Source: Patescibacteria group bacterium
GTDB lineage: Bacteria; Patescibacteriota; Minisyncoccia; Phycocordibacterales; Phycocordibacteraceae
Assembly: GCA_019752595.1 (NCBI GenBank)
Contig: JAIELV010000001.1
Coordinates: 56,486-120,485, forward strand
Length of the DNA: 64,000 bases
Reading direction: 5' to 3'
In this document: one piece after another, positions 26,301-34,926 of the stretch
How the letters are laid out: each line of letters begins with the position of its first letter
Numbering within the stretch: the stretch's first letter is position 1
The notes under the pieces: generated by a model
Database searches by the model: none
Told to the model about the DNA's origin: nothing
The model's input: only the letters and a program-made list of their open reading frames with translations
Translations under genes and position numbers: made by a program

Positions 26301-27085
26301 AGCGTCCTCCAAAGGCAGCTGCAGTGCTCTCACGCGTCTCAGGTGAAGTCATTGAAATCAAAGAAGAGCCAGGCAAGAAAACGGTGGTGATTCTTCCTGA
26401 TGTCGGCTCGAAAGAAGTTTCAAAGACCCGCGATAAGATTGAGTACGAAGTTCCTCCGCGTCGCGTTGCATTGGTGAAAGTTGGTTCAAGGGTTGAGCGT
26501 GGCGACATGGTTACCGACGGCTCGGTGAACCTTGATGAGTTGTTTGAACTCGCTGGCCCTTCACGTTTGCAGGAGTACATGATTGACGAAGTCTCGAAGA
26601 TTTACGACCTCCAGGGTGCGTCTGTGTCGCACAAGCACATGGAAGTCATCATTCGTCAGATGTTCTCACGTGTTGAAGTGACTGATCCCGCTTCCAGTTC
26701 GCACGTGGTCGGCGAAATGCTTGAAATGGGCACTGCGCACGCACTCAATAAAGAGTTGGAAGAAGCGGGTAAAGAGCCAATTAAGTATGAGCCGTTGGTG
26801 TTGGGTATTACTGAAGTTTCATTGAACAGAAAGAGCTTCCTTTCGGCAGCATCATTCCAGCACACAACCCGCACGCTTATTACGGCCGCACTCAAAGGTA
26901 CAACCGACATGCTTACAGGGCTTAAGGAAAACGTCATCATCGGTCGTTTGATTCCTGCAGGAACAGGTTTCAAGGGTTCAAAGAAATACGAAGTTATTCA
27001 GGCCTTCCAGAAAGACCGAGCTATCAAAATGGAAGCTATGATGGCGGATGAGGAGGCACGCGAGAGAATTGCGGACATTGCCTAG
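23366..27085 (+). CDS. rpoC: RNA polymerase beta-prime subunit
   Basis: NADFDGD, LLNRAPTLH, GEPGTQLTMRTFH. Confidence 0.99.
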   Translation: MDQKKGKIIDTSRFDWIALKVASPERILDWSWGEIRKPETINYRTQRSEKDGLFDERIFGPERDFECYCGKYKGPRFRGIICEKCGVEVTRSIVRRDRMGHIELATPVAHIWFLRSVPSRIALILGTSAIDAEKVVYFAGYIVTKLHTEERDRLLRELESEYKAKVKAVTNDKAQTELKSLMTAAKADIDRIRPGVVLDEMEYHRFSVKYGTFFEAGIGAEAIYTIFKGLDMDKLAKELETNLLKAGAAEREKLNKRLSLVRSMIKANVRPEWMFLTRIPVTPPALRPMVALESGRHATSDVNDLYRRVINRNNRLMKLRDISAPEVILRNEKRILQEAVDALLDNTIRRGGAAFSAQSQAQRRPLKSLADYLKSKQGYFRFNLLGKRVDYSGRSVIVVGPDLDLDECGLPKKMALELFRPFVIAKLLDRELAHNIRGAGRLIEEGIPEVWAILEEVIKGKHVLLNRAPTLHRQGIQAFRPRLIEGNAIQLHPLVCPAFNADFDGDQMAVHVPLSEEAQMEAATIMSAARNVLKPGSGQPVIFEKPLDIALGIYWMTRDKSGEKGEGKFFPSPNAAILAYDFGDVGIHAKILVEPTEGNAKYAQFKGQRFETTIGRLLFNSALPKDYPYINSEVRKKELSKLVDDVIKVYGLQQTPKILDKIKHYGFQFATRSGVSFSFDDLAVPEAKKKIIHDARTEAQEISDQYENGLLTADEKLRLTVEVWQKAIGDIEKEILPALDKNSSVYTMVVSGARGSARQLSQMAGMKGLVTNTKGEVIEFPVVSSMKEGLTPTEYFTTTHGSRKGLTDTALKTAHAGYLTRRLFDVAQDITVSVDDCGAKAGITVRRIRPSGIEADLAKLIVGRVLAREVEAGGKTFKKGTLLNIEEAKMIAATDIAEVAVRSPMGCIAEKGICQKCYGADLATRELIDIGEAVGTIAAQAIGEPGTQLTMRTFHTGGVATIGGDITHGLPRVEELFDKRPPKAAAVLSRVSGEVIEIKEEPGKKTVVILPDVGSKEVSKTRDKIEYEVPPRRVALVKVGSRVERGDMVTDGSVNLDELFELAGPSRLQEYMIDEVSKIYDLQGASVSHKHMEVIIRQMFSRVEVTDPASSSHVVGEMLEMGTAHALNKELEEAGKEPIKYEPLVLGITEVSLNRKSFLSAASFQHTTRTLITAALKGTTDMLTGLKENVIIGRLIPAGTGFKGSKKYEVIQAFQKDRAIKMEAMMADEEARERIADIA

Positions 27086-27121
27086 TTCGCACCTGCGGAC
27101 GCCGATTCGTTCTCACACTCT

Positions 27122-28840
27122 ATGAGCGACACGGTAGAAAAAATAAAAGAACGGCTCTCCATCAAGGATGTCGTGGAGCCGTATGTGAAACTAACCCGTG
27201 CCGGTAAATACTGGAAGGGTCTTTCACCATTCACGAAAGAGAAAACAGCATCGTTTTTCGTTTCTCCTGACCGTGGGCTCTACCACTGCTTCTCAACAGG
27301 GAAAGGTGGAGATATGTTTACGTTCATTCAAGAAATGGAGGGCGTGGACTTCAAGGGCTCTCTGAAAATGCTCGCGGAAAAAGCGGGCGTGCAATTGGTG
27401 TACGAATCTCCCGCAAAATCAGACGAACGCGAACAAGTCTTAAAAGCCCTTGTATCAGCAAAAGATTATTTCGTATCGCGCCTCAAAACCCATACAGACG
27501 CAGAAAAGTATCTTTTGGATCGAGGGCTTCTACAGAAAACGATAGACGAGTGGCATATCGGATATTCCGAAAACGAATGGCGCGCGCTTTCAGATGAACT
27601 ACAGAAACAGGGGATTTCGGAAGTCATACTTGAAAAGGCAGGACTGGTGAAAAAACCCGATGCGGAAACCGCAGGAAGCGAACTCAAACGCCCGTATGAT
27701 CGTTTCCGTGGGCGTGTGATGTTTCCGATTCTCGACATTTCAAACCGCGTTGTCGGTTTTTCAGGACGCGTATTGGTTGAGGATAAAAATCAACCAGGGG
27801 CAAAGTACCTGAATTCACCCGAAACGGATGTCTTTGATAAATCCCGCGCGCTCTACGGTATTCATGTTGCTCGCGACGGTATCCGCTCATTAGGCTCAGC
27901 CCTTCTTGTAGAAGGGCAATTGGATTTGCTTTTGGCACATCAGGCGGGATACAAAAACACTGTTGCTACATCAGGTACCGCGTTTACCGAAAAGCACGCT
28001 GAACTTATAAAGAGGTACACGCAAAACTTATTGATTGCCTACGATGGTGATAGGGCAGGAATTGCAGCGGCTGGGCGCGCTGCGGGGATTGCGCTTCAGG
28101 CAGGAATGAACGTGAAAATAGCGAAGTTCCCCGCAGGTATGGACCCTGCAGATTTGCTTTCAAAAACCCCTGAATTATTTAAGACAGCCGTACGAGAGGC
28201 GATGCACGTTGTTGATTTTTACATCTCTCACATAACGGATGCAAAGTATGACCAGCGCACGTTTAGGCTCGAGGTATCGCGCACTGTGCTTCCGTTTGTC
28301 GCATTGATACCAAATAAAATCGATCAAGCGCATTTTGTGAATCGTGTTGCGCAAGCGCTCTCCGTCTCTGAAGAGGCAGTGAAGGGCGAGCTTGCAAAAC
28401 TTCTGAAACCAACAGTTGGTGTCACGCATGTTGCATCAGAAAAACTTGCAGAGCCGTTTTTGTCTCGCGTCGATACCATAGAACGTTTGGTCTTTGGATT
28501 GTATCTTTTGTTTACCGAGCGTGGTGCAGTTGAAGAGAAAGAAAAAACAGAAAAAGTACTCCGCGCGACAATTGGTGACAGTCGGTTTGAAGAACTCGTG
28601 CATGCTTCTGAGAGTCATCGCGGGGCTCTGTTTGAGGCTGATTTGTTCCTTACTCGCGACAAACCAGAAGATGCGCGTGATGCTATAGCGGATGCGTACG
28701 CAGATTTGGAGCGTGAAGCACTGCACGAAATGTACCGAACAACACTTTCTGCACTTCGTATTGCGGAGAATACAAATGATTCCGAGTCGATGGAGGTGCA
28801 CATGAAGGAGTTGGCGCGCCTTGCAACACTTATCAAATAA
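27122..28840 (+). CDS. dnaG: DNA primase
   Basis: DRFRGRVMFP, KYLNSPET, VEG, YDGDRAG (Toprim), DPAD. Confidence 0.96.
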   Translation: MSDTVEKIKERLSIKDVVEPYVKLTRAGKYWKGLSPFTKEKTASFFVSPDRGLYHCFSTGKGGDMFTFIQEMEGVDFKGSLKMLAEKAGVQLVYESPAKSDEREQVLKALVSAKDYFVSRLKTHTDAEKYLLDRGLLQKTIDEWHIGYSENEWRALSDELQKQGISEVILEKAGLVKKPDAETAGSELKRPYDRFRGRVMFPILDISNRVVGFSGRVLVEDKNQPGAKYLNSPETDVFDKSRALYGIHVARDGIRSLGSALLVEGQLDLLLAHQAGYKNTVATSGTAFTEKHAELIKRYTQNLLIAYDGDRAGIAAAGRAAGIALQAGMNVKIAKFPAGMDPADLLSKTPELFKTAVREAMHVVDFYISHITDAKYDQRTFRLEVSRTVLPFVALIPNKIDQAHFVNRVAQALSVSEEAVKGELAKLLKPTVGVTHVASEKLAEPFLSRVDTIERLVFGLYLLFTERGAVEEKEKTEKVLRATIGDSRFEELVHASESHRGALFEADLFLTRDKPEDARDAIADAYADLEREALHEMYRTTLSALRIAENTNDSESMEVHMKELARLATLIK

Positions 28841-28859
28841 AGCTAAAGTGGCTTGATAT

Positions 28860-30122
28860 ATGGCTAAAAAGAAGAAAGCAAAGAAAGTGAAGGTGGCAAA
28901 GAAAGCCAAAAAACCTCTTAAAAAGCTTGCCCGCCGAAGCCTTGGCGCAGGCGGGAAGGTTGTTCGTGTGAAGAAGGCAAAAGGGAAAAAAGCTCCCGCG
29001 AAATCGAAGAAGGTCGTTGCTAAAGTAGTAAAAAAGCCTGCAGGAAAGAAGCGTGCTCAACTTGAGGCAAAAGCTGACAAACTGGTTTTCAAAGGTAAGG
29101 AGCGTGGCTACGTAACCTATAACGAGATTTTAAAGGAATTTCCAACGATTGAGGAAGACGTAGTGTTCCTTGAAGAACTGTATGAACGCCTCTCATCTTC
29201 AGGTGTTGACGTCTTGGAGTCGGGTGGCATGCTTGAGGAAGTCCCAGATGAGGTGGTGATGCGTGGCGGTTACCGTGGCGAAGGTTCTGCGCACGATTCA
29301 ATACAGATGTACCTACGCGAAATCGGGCAATATCCGCTTTTGACCGCACAGGAAGAGCGGGATTTGGCGAAGCGTATTTCAATAGGCGAGGACGAGGCAA
29401 AAAACTTGCTCGCACGCGCAAACCTCCGCTTGGTGGTCTCTATTGCAAAAAAGTATGCGTCGCGCTCTTCCGATCTTTCGCTTCTCGACCTGATTCAAGA
29501 GGGTAACCTCGGTTTGTTCAAAGCAGTTGATAAATTCGACTTCACCAAAGGATTCAAATTCTCCACATACGCTACATGGTGGATTAGGCAGGCGATTACA
29601 CGCGCTTTGGCAGATCAATCTCGCACCATCCGCATTCCTGTGCACATGGTTGAAACGATTGCGAAGTATAAACAGATTGTTCGCCGCTTAGAGCAGGATT
29701 TGGGTCGCGACCCGATGCCTGAAGAAATTGCGGGTGAGATGGGTGTGGACGTGGAGAAGGTGTATCAGATTGAACAAATCAATCAAGAAACACTTTCATT
29801 GGAAGCGCCGATTTCATCATCAGATGACGACGACGCATCAGCGCGAGGCGATTTCGTTGCAGACCAAAGCATGCCGACCCCAGACCAAGAAACTGCACAC
29901 CGTATTTTGGTTGAGCAGCTTCATGAAATTTTGGACGACCTCACTCCAAAAGAGCGCAAAATTCTTGCTATGCGTCACGGGCTTGAAGACGGCATCTATC
30001 ATACCCTTGAAGAAGTAGGTCAGGAATTCGGTGTTACCCGCGAGCGTATTCGCCAAATTGAAGCAAAAGCGTTGGATAAAATTCGTACGCACCAAAAAGC
30101 CAAGAAGCTGAGGAGTTACTAA
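28860..30122 (+). CDS. rpoD: Primary sigma factor (sigma70/SigA) with Lys-rich N-terminus
   Basis: [42 protein letters not shown]. Confidence 0.97.
   Translation: MAKKKKAKKVKVAKKAKKPLKKLARRSLGAGGKVVRVKKAKGKKAPAKSKKVVAKVVKKPAGKKRAQLEAKADKLVFKGKERGYVTYNEILKEFPTIEEDVVFLEELYERLSSSGVDVLESGGMLEEVPDEVVMRGGYRGEGSAHDSIQMYLREIGQYPLLTAQEERDLAKRISIGEDEAKNLLARANLRLVVSIAKKYASRSSDLSLLDLIQEGNLGLFKAVDKFDFTKGFKFSTYATWWIRQAITRALADQSRTIRIPVHMVETIAKYKQIVRRLEQDLGRDPMPEEIAGEMGVDVEKVYQIEQINQETLSLEAPISSSDDDDASARGDFVADQSMPTPDQETAHRILVEQLHEILDDLTPKERKILAMRHGLEDGIYHTLEEVGQEFGVTRERIRQIEAKALDKIRTHQKAKKLRSY
28930..28955 (+). repeat. Palindromic repeat family A, copy in the rpoD coding region
   Basis: CCCGCCGAAGCCTTGGCGCAGGCGGG; similar to 42833 and to the reverse complement of 49455. 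Confidence 0.75.
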
Positions 30123-30126
30123 TTGT

Positions 30127-30525
30127 ATGGATCGCTCTCATCAGGAGTCTGTGACTGAAACACTTGGGGAGTCAGAAGTGGAGCCTCTTTCTGTAGCGAC
30201 TTCGTTTCGGGAACGTTCGTTTCAGAGGCTTCGAACAATGTATCGAGATACAAAAAAATTTGCTGGAGATTTTAGACGAGGCTCTCTTACTACGCTTGGC
30301 GATATGTCCGATGGTGTAAATACGCTCTCGTTGTATGGTGGTGTGGGTAGTGTTGCCCTCTTTGTCACAGGAGTGGGTGCGCGTTTATTTAATCTCGATG
30401 ATGCAACTAATCTCTTTAGTGAAGCAGCCATTGTAACTGGTACTGTTGGTGGTTTTTTGTCTGTCACTACCGCGCTTGCTACGGACTCTTTTACGCGAAA
30501 TCTACGTCATATGGCGCGCCTGTGA
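30127..30525 (+). CDS. Orphan two-TM protein
   Basis: Gly-rich hydrophobic helices; 4 nt after the rpoD stop. Confidence 0.6.
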   Translation: MDRSHQESVTETLGESEVEPLSVATSFRERSFQRLRTMYRDTKKFAGDFRRGSLTTLGDMSDGVNTLSLYGGVGSVALFVTGVGARLFNLDDATNLFSEAAIVTGTVGGFLSVTTALATDSFTRNLRHMARL

Positions 30526-30782
30526 TGCATATGCATACGGAAGAGCTCTTGTTGACCAAGAAAGTGCCTCCCTCTAGAAAAATTCTTGAGCGTTTGTACA
30601 TACAAACCGCTGTTGTAGTGAATTTTGCCTCGAGCGGAGTTGCAGGAGTTGCAATTTCACGAACCCTCGAGACAGGGAATTTAGTACCAGGAGCCATAGG
30701 TGTCGGAGTTGCCGTGTTTAACGCGAAAACACTTCTTTCAATTGCAAAACATCTTGAGGATCAAAAAAGCAGAGGTGAATAA
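30522..30782 (+). CDS. Small orphan membrane protein
   Basis: Two hydrophobic segments; overlaps the previous stop. Confidence 0.55.
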   Translation: MMHMHTEELLLTKKVPPSRKILERLYIQTAVVVNFASSGVAGVAISRTLETGNLVPGAIGVGVAVFNAKTLLSIAKHLEDQKSRGE

Positions 30783-30816
30783 TCAAAATTCCTCCTTTCG
30801 TTTATACTAAGACGTA

Positions 30817-31665
30817 GTGAGAAAAAAGAGAAAATACCCCATTAAACATTGGAGCTTTTCCTCCTTGATGTCTTTTCTGAGAAACCCGCTTGCGTGGCGC
30901 AAACGCTACGTGGAGGGGGTTTATGACATGCCTTCAACCCCCGCAGGTGTTATTGGGCGCTCTGGCCATATCGCACTTCAGCACTTTTACAGTGGTATTC
31001 CGAAAGAGGAATCAATACAACAAGGACTCGAGTATTTGAGACGTATTTCGGACACCGATATTAACTTCGGTGTCGCAAAATCAAAGCGCGCACAAAAAGA
31101 AAAACGAGCGTCAATGGAACGCGACTATATTCAAGCGGTTGGTTTCTATCTCGAACGACCACCGCGTCATAAAGTCATAGCAGTTGAAAGTGTGGGGACT
31201 GCGCATGTCCCAGGCCTCGCGCTCCCTGTGAAAGCGATTTCAGATTTAGTGGTTGAGTCAAAACTTGATCCCAAAGCCGTTGATATTGTCGACCATAAAT
31301 TTGTAGACTCATTCAGTACGCTTGGTTCCGAAAAACCTCTTTTCATTATTCAGGCAATTTTTAATTACTACACCGTACTTTCCGAATTCAAACGCCCCGT
31401 CAAAAGATTTATTTTTCAGGAGTGTAAAAAGCGGAAGAACAAGGACGGCAGTTCACAGATGAGAAAGCACATCATTCATTTTGAGGACTGCGAGGAGGAG
31501 TTTGCTGTCTTTCATCGCCTGTTATCGGACGCCACAGAAGAGATTACACGAAAACGGTTATACCTACCCAATCCTTCAGACATGTTTGAAGGCAAGAATT
31601 CCTTTGATATATATCGCCTTGGGCTAGTAGGGGATGAGGAAGAAGCTGTAGATACGGTCTCATAA
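30817..31665 (+). CDS. PD-(D/E)XK nuclease superfamily protein (RecB/AddB-like)
   Basis: SFSSL..F..NP, G...H..L, SDLV, IVDHK, Q...Y. Confidence 0.8.
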   Translation: MRKKRKYPIKHWSFSSLMSFLRNPLAWRKRYVEGVYDMPSTPAGVIGRSGHIALQHFYSGIPKEESIQQGLEYLRRISDTDINFGVAKSKRAQKEKRASMERDYIQAVGFYLERPPRHKVIAVESVGTAHVPGLALPVKAISDLVVESKLDPKAVDIVDHKFVDSFSTLGSEKPLFIIQAIFNYYTVLSEFKRPVKRFIFQECKKRKNKDGSSQMRKHIIHFEDCEEEFAVFHRLLSDATEEITRKRLYLPNPSDMFEGKNSFDIYRLGLVGDEEEAVDTVS

Positions 31666-31677
31666 TTTCTGAGTGCT

Positions 31678-31703
31678 CTCTGATATGATATATCATATCA
31701 GAG
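31678..31703. repeat. Perfect palindrome, family F copy 1
   Basis: CTCTGATATGATATATCATATCAGAG. Confidence 0.8.
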
Positions 31704-31732
31704 CAACAATACGCTTTCACCATACGTTCAAT

Positions 31733-31758
31733 AAAAAACGCCCTCCAGGGGCGTTTTT
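31733..31758. terminator. Bidirectional terminator
   Basis: AAAAAACGCCCT-CC-AGGGGCGTTTTT between convergent genes. Confidence 0.8.
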
Positions 31759-31775
31759 GTATTCGTCGGGAAACG

Positions 31776-32501
31776 TTAGATGTTTGCCTCAATGAGTTTG
31801 TCTATGTAGTCAAAGGGCTGTGCTCCTGGGATTTCAATGTTCTTGCCGTTTTTCAACACAAGGTTATTGAACGGAGTACCCTGGCCTCCTGAATCAACAG
31901 CGTCATTTAACTCCTTCTCAATCTTTGCCCTGAATTTCTCGCTTGTGTAGCAGGACTGGAATGCACCTGCGTTCACGCCAACCTTTGCAACGGTTGCATC
32001 AAGCTTAGCGAAGTCAAACGGTGTGTTGAGAGGGGCGACTGCAAATACCTCGTCTAGGAATTTCCAGTACACGTCGTTACCACCAAGGTCTGCTACGCAC
32101 TCTGCCGCAAGCGCGAGTTTCGGTGCATTCGGGTGCAATTGTTCGAGAGGGAAGTTTCTGATAACCCATGCCACCTTTCCGCTTGCGCCGTATTTCGCCA
32201 TAACTTCCTTCATGGTGTTATGGAATTGCTTGCAGAATGGACACTCAAGGTCAGTGTATTCAACGATAATCAATTCTGCGTTCGGGTTTCCAATGATGTG
32301 GTCATCCGCAGTTACTTTCGGAACTGGCTTTCCTGCCGCTTGGGTGCCACCTTGCTGGGCTCCTTGGTTAAATGAGTAATCACCGCTTGTGCCTGCGCTA
32401 CCTCCGCCAAAATACATTGCGGCTGCTATCAAGGCTCCCGCGATTACGATTGCTATCGGAGTGCCCATCTTTTCCATGTCTATTTTTCCTGTTTCAGTCA
32501 T
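31776..32501 (-). CDS. DsbA-family thioredoxin-fold oxidoreductase
   Basis: N-terminal TM, YTDLECPFC, FPL...HP, GTP, GAQP. Confidence 0.9.
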   Translation of the reverse strand: MTETGKIDMEKMGTPIAIVIAGALIAAAMYFGGGSAGTSGDYSFNQGAQQGGTQAAGKPVPKVTADDHIIGNPNAELIIVEYTDLECPFCKQFHNTMKEVMAKYGASGKVAWVIRNFPLEQLHPNAPKLALAAECVADLGGNDVYWKFLDEVFAVAPLNTPFDFAKLDATVAKVGVNAGAFQSCYTSEKFRAKIEKELNDAVDSGGQGTPFNNLVLKNGKNIEIPGAQPFDYIDKLIEANI

Positions 32502-32561
32502 AGGTTTTAATTATTTGATACGTGTTACGATAATACCACATTCGGAAATTCGTCTATACAC

Positions 32562-33374
32562 ATGAATGAAACGCTCTCCTATGCAATTCTAGGGCTCGTA
32601 CAGGGCCTTACGGAGTTCCTCCCCGTCTCATCTTCGGGGCATTTGGTGGTCATGCGGGACCTCCTTTCGGTGTTTGAGAACGGATTGGCGGTTGACGCTG
32701 TATTCCAGCTCGCAACCGTACTCGCGGTCATTGTTTATTTTTGGAAAGATCTGCTGAACTTGTTTTACACAGCGCTCTATAAAATGACAGGGCGCGCTGT
32801 TAAACCTGAAGACGAACGGCTCCTACTTGCACTTATTATCGGCACTATTCCCGCATTTGTTGTGGGGCTCTTTCTAGAAAGCGCGATGGAGACCGCTTTC
32901 AGAAGTCCGTATCTCGTGGCGTACACGCTTCTCGTTGGTTCTCTTATCATGCTTGCTGCTGAATATGCATCGGTAAAATTTGCAACAAAAAAAGAGCTAG
33001 GAGGAACTTCGTGGAAAGACGGGCTTATTGTAGGAGTGTTCCAAGCGCTCGCGCTCGTTCCAGGTATGAGCCGTTCAGGTATGACAATTTCAGGCGGGCT
33101 TTTCTTAGGGCTTTCGCGCGAAACCGCTGCGCGGTTTGGTTTTTTGCTCGCGGTTCCGATTATCGCGGGTTCGGGCTTGAAAAAACTGCTTGAACTCTGG
33201 TGGGGTGGGGAATTGGTTGCGCTTGGTGCGCCGATACTTGTGGGGAGCGTGGTGGCATTTTTTAGCGGACTTCTGGCAATTCATTTCCTCCTGATGTTTC
33301 TCCGCAATCAACCGCTCTATATTTTCGTGGCGTACCGCGTGCTTCTTGCGGGCGTCATTCTCTTTTTCCTCTAA
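32562..33374 (+). CDS. uppP: Undecaprenyl-diphosphatase
   Basis: QGLTEFLPVSSSGH, PGMSRSG. Confidence 0.96.
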   Translation: MNETLSYAILGLVQGLTEFLPVSSSGHLVVMRDLLSVFENGLAVDAVFQLATVLAVIVYFWKDLLNLFYTALYKMTGRAVKPEDERLLLALIIGTIPAFVVGLFLESAMETAFRSPYLVAYTLLVGSLIMLAAEYASVKFATKKELGGTSWKDGLIVGVFQALALVPGMSRSGMTISGGLFLGLSRETAARFGFLLAVPIIAGSGLKKLLELWWGGELVALGAPILVGSVVAFFSGLLAIHFLLMFLRNQPLYIFVAYRVLLAGVILFFL

Positions 33375-33451
33375 ACTCCTCACCAAAGATGCGTATTTGA
33401 CATTCAGTATCTTGATGTCAAAATAGAAATGTAGTGTACGCTACACCTTTT

Positions 33452-33820
33452 ATGCGCAATGGAGAAAAAGTACAACTACCGTCCGATGAACGCTCTAGCA
33501 GGCGTCGCTTTGGCTTGGTTATGAGCTTCGTGGTTGGCGCTGGGGTTGCGGTTGGGGTGCCCGTTTGGAAAGAGATGAATCGGCAGATAAATGCACGAAT
33601 TGAAATGGAGGTTGCGACAAGGTTGTATCAGGCAACCAAAGAAGAACGTCGTGCCGGGTTTGTTGATGGTATCTGTGCTTCACGAGACATAGGCGTACTT
33701 GACCTCGGAACACGTCAGGGCACAAACGTTGAAGCTACGGGCTCGTATAGCACTGACGCAGAGAATGCTGGTCATGAAATAGCAATGGCCCTAGGCGAGT
33801 GCGGAAGAATTGCCGAGTAG
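33452..33820 (+). CDS. Orphan single-TM protein
   Basis: SRRRF followed by a hydrophobic helix; TTGACA upstream; start uncertain (GTG 33434). Confidence 0.55.
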   Translation: MRNGEKVQLPSDERSSRRRFGLVMSFVVGAGVAVGVPVWKEMNRQINARIEMEVATRLYQATKEERRAGFVDGICASRDIGVLDLGTRQGTNVEATGSYSTDAENAGHEIAMALGECGRIAE

Positions 33821-33921
33821 ACCTAATTCGAAGGTATTGACAAAGCATATAGATATGCTATTATGAATATAACTTCGCCTCCGCCTTTAAGGAGCGGGGG
33901 AACTTAATAAAAATATATAGT

Positions 33922-34308
33922 ATGGATAAAAAATTTATGTTGTTGGCAGCTGGCGGTGCAGCACTTGCACTTTCTGCATGCGAACAGAGCCCGATAAATG
34001 CTGGCACGTCACAGTTTTGTGGTGCAGTCGGCGCAGAGCGCAACATTGCAGATAAGGCAGGGGACGCCGCAGAAATTGCCGCATTCGCAGTTGGTCAGTC
34101 AGAAGGAGGTGCCTTTCAGACCCCTCCGACGGTTGCACAACTTGCGGCTCGTACGACTACGTGTGAAGCTGGGGACTTTCAGGCAGCGTATGCACTTGCT
34201 CGTGGGGAGTATGGCTATGCGGGCGATATACAGATTGCGCAGGTATTTCGCTCACGGTTTCCCGAAGAAGTGGCTCGTGCTCAAGAAGCAGCACGTGAAG
34301 CAGAATAA
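33922..34308 (+). CDS. Putative lipoprotein
   Basis: Signal peptide with LSAC lipobox; own TTGACA...TGCTATTAT promoter. Confidence 0.7.
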   Translation: MDKKFMLLAAGGAALALSACEQSPINAGTSQFCGAVGAERNIADKAGDAAEIAAFAVGQSEGGAFQTPPTVAQLAARTTTCEAGDFQAAYALARGEYGYAGDIQIAQVFRSRFPEEVARAQEAAREAE

Positions 34309-34312
34309 TTTT

Positions 34313-34337
34313 AAACCCCGCTTCGGCGGGGTTTTTT
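34313..34337. terminator. Intrinsic terminator
   Basis: AAACCCCGC-TTCG-GCGGGGTTTTTT. Confidence 0.85.
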
Positions 34338-34351
34338 GTTAGAAGGCAGGC

Positions 34352-34921
34352 TTAAAACGGAAGTGTATGCGTGAGTTTCGCTTTCTCAGCTGATTCCCAT
34401 TTTGAAGTATCAATTGGGATATCTTTTTTCTTGCCGAGGTCAGTGTAGTGAAGCTTACCGTTTTTGAGCGCGTATTCGTATACCTCCTTGGTTATCTTTA
34501 CATCCTCAATGCAGTACTTAATTACTTTCTCGTATTCACCTGCTTCCCACCATTTCACCGCATCCAATCCGCTTCCGATTTTTCCTTTACCCAAGGTTGC
34601 TTGTGCGATTGAATCAAGTTTTAGTCTGCGTCCCAGTACATTCCTCACTTCAACCAAAAGGTCGAGGCTTCGAAGTTTCGTCAAATCACCTGCGTAGTAG
34701 CGGTTCAGAATTGGTATATCGAAATGGTCGGAGTTGTACCCAATTAAAAGGTCGGCGCGCTCCAATATCTGCCAGAGTTGCGGGAGCTGTTCGACTGTAT
34801 ACGAAGAGTATTGATCAGTCTCTGAATCATGAATGCAGGCAACAGTAAGATTCATGGAGTTTGGATCGAATGCACCCAAAGTACCCGAAGTGGTTTCGAT
34901 GTCGAGAGTAATTTTTCGCAT
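34352..34921 (-). CDS. RNase H-like DEDD exonuclease (YprB/RNase_H_2-like)
   Basis: LDIET, GYNSDHFD, YCIEDV. Confidence 0.85.
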   Translation of the reverse strand: MRKITLDIETTSGTLGAFDPNSMNLTVACIHDSETDQYSSYTVEQLPQLWQILERADLLIGYNSDHFDIPILNRYYAGDLTKLRSLDLLVEVRNVLGRRLKLDSIAQATLGKGKIGSGLDAVKWWEAGEYEKVIKYCIEDVKITKEVYEYALKNGKLHYTDLGKKKDIPIDTSKWESAEKAKLTHTLPF

Positions 34922-34926
34922 GTAGT

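Noticed and set aside
28860-29060. Lys/Ala-rich RpoD N-terminus as a novel domain
   Set aside because: Low-complexity basic extensions on primary sigma factors are known; only the embedded palindrome is notable.
30817-31703. Cas4/CRISPR locus
   Set aside because: No repeat-spacer array or other cas genes are present, and the Cas4 cysteines are absent.
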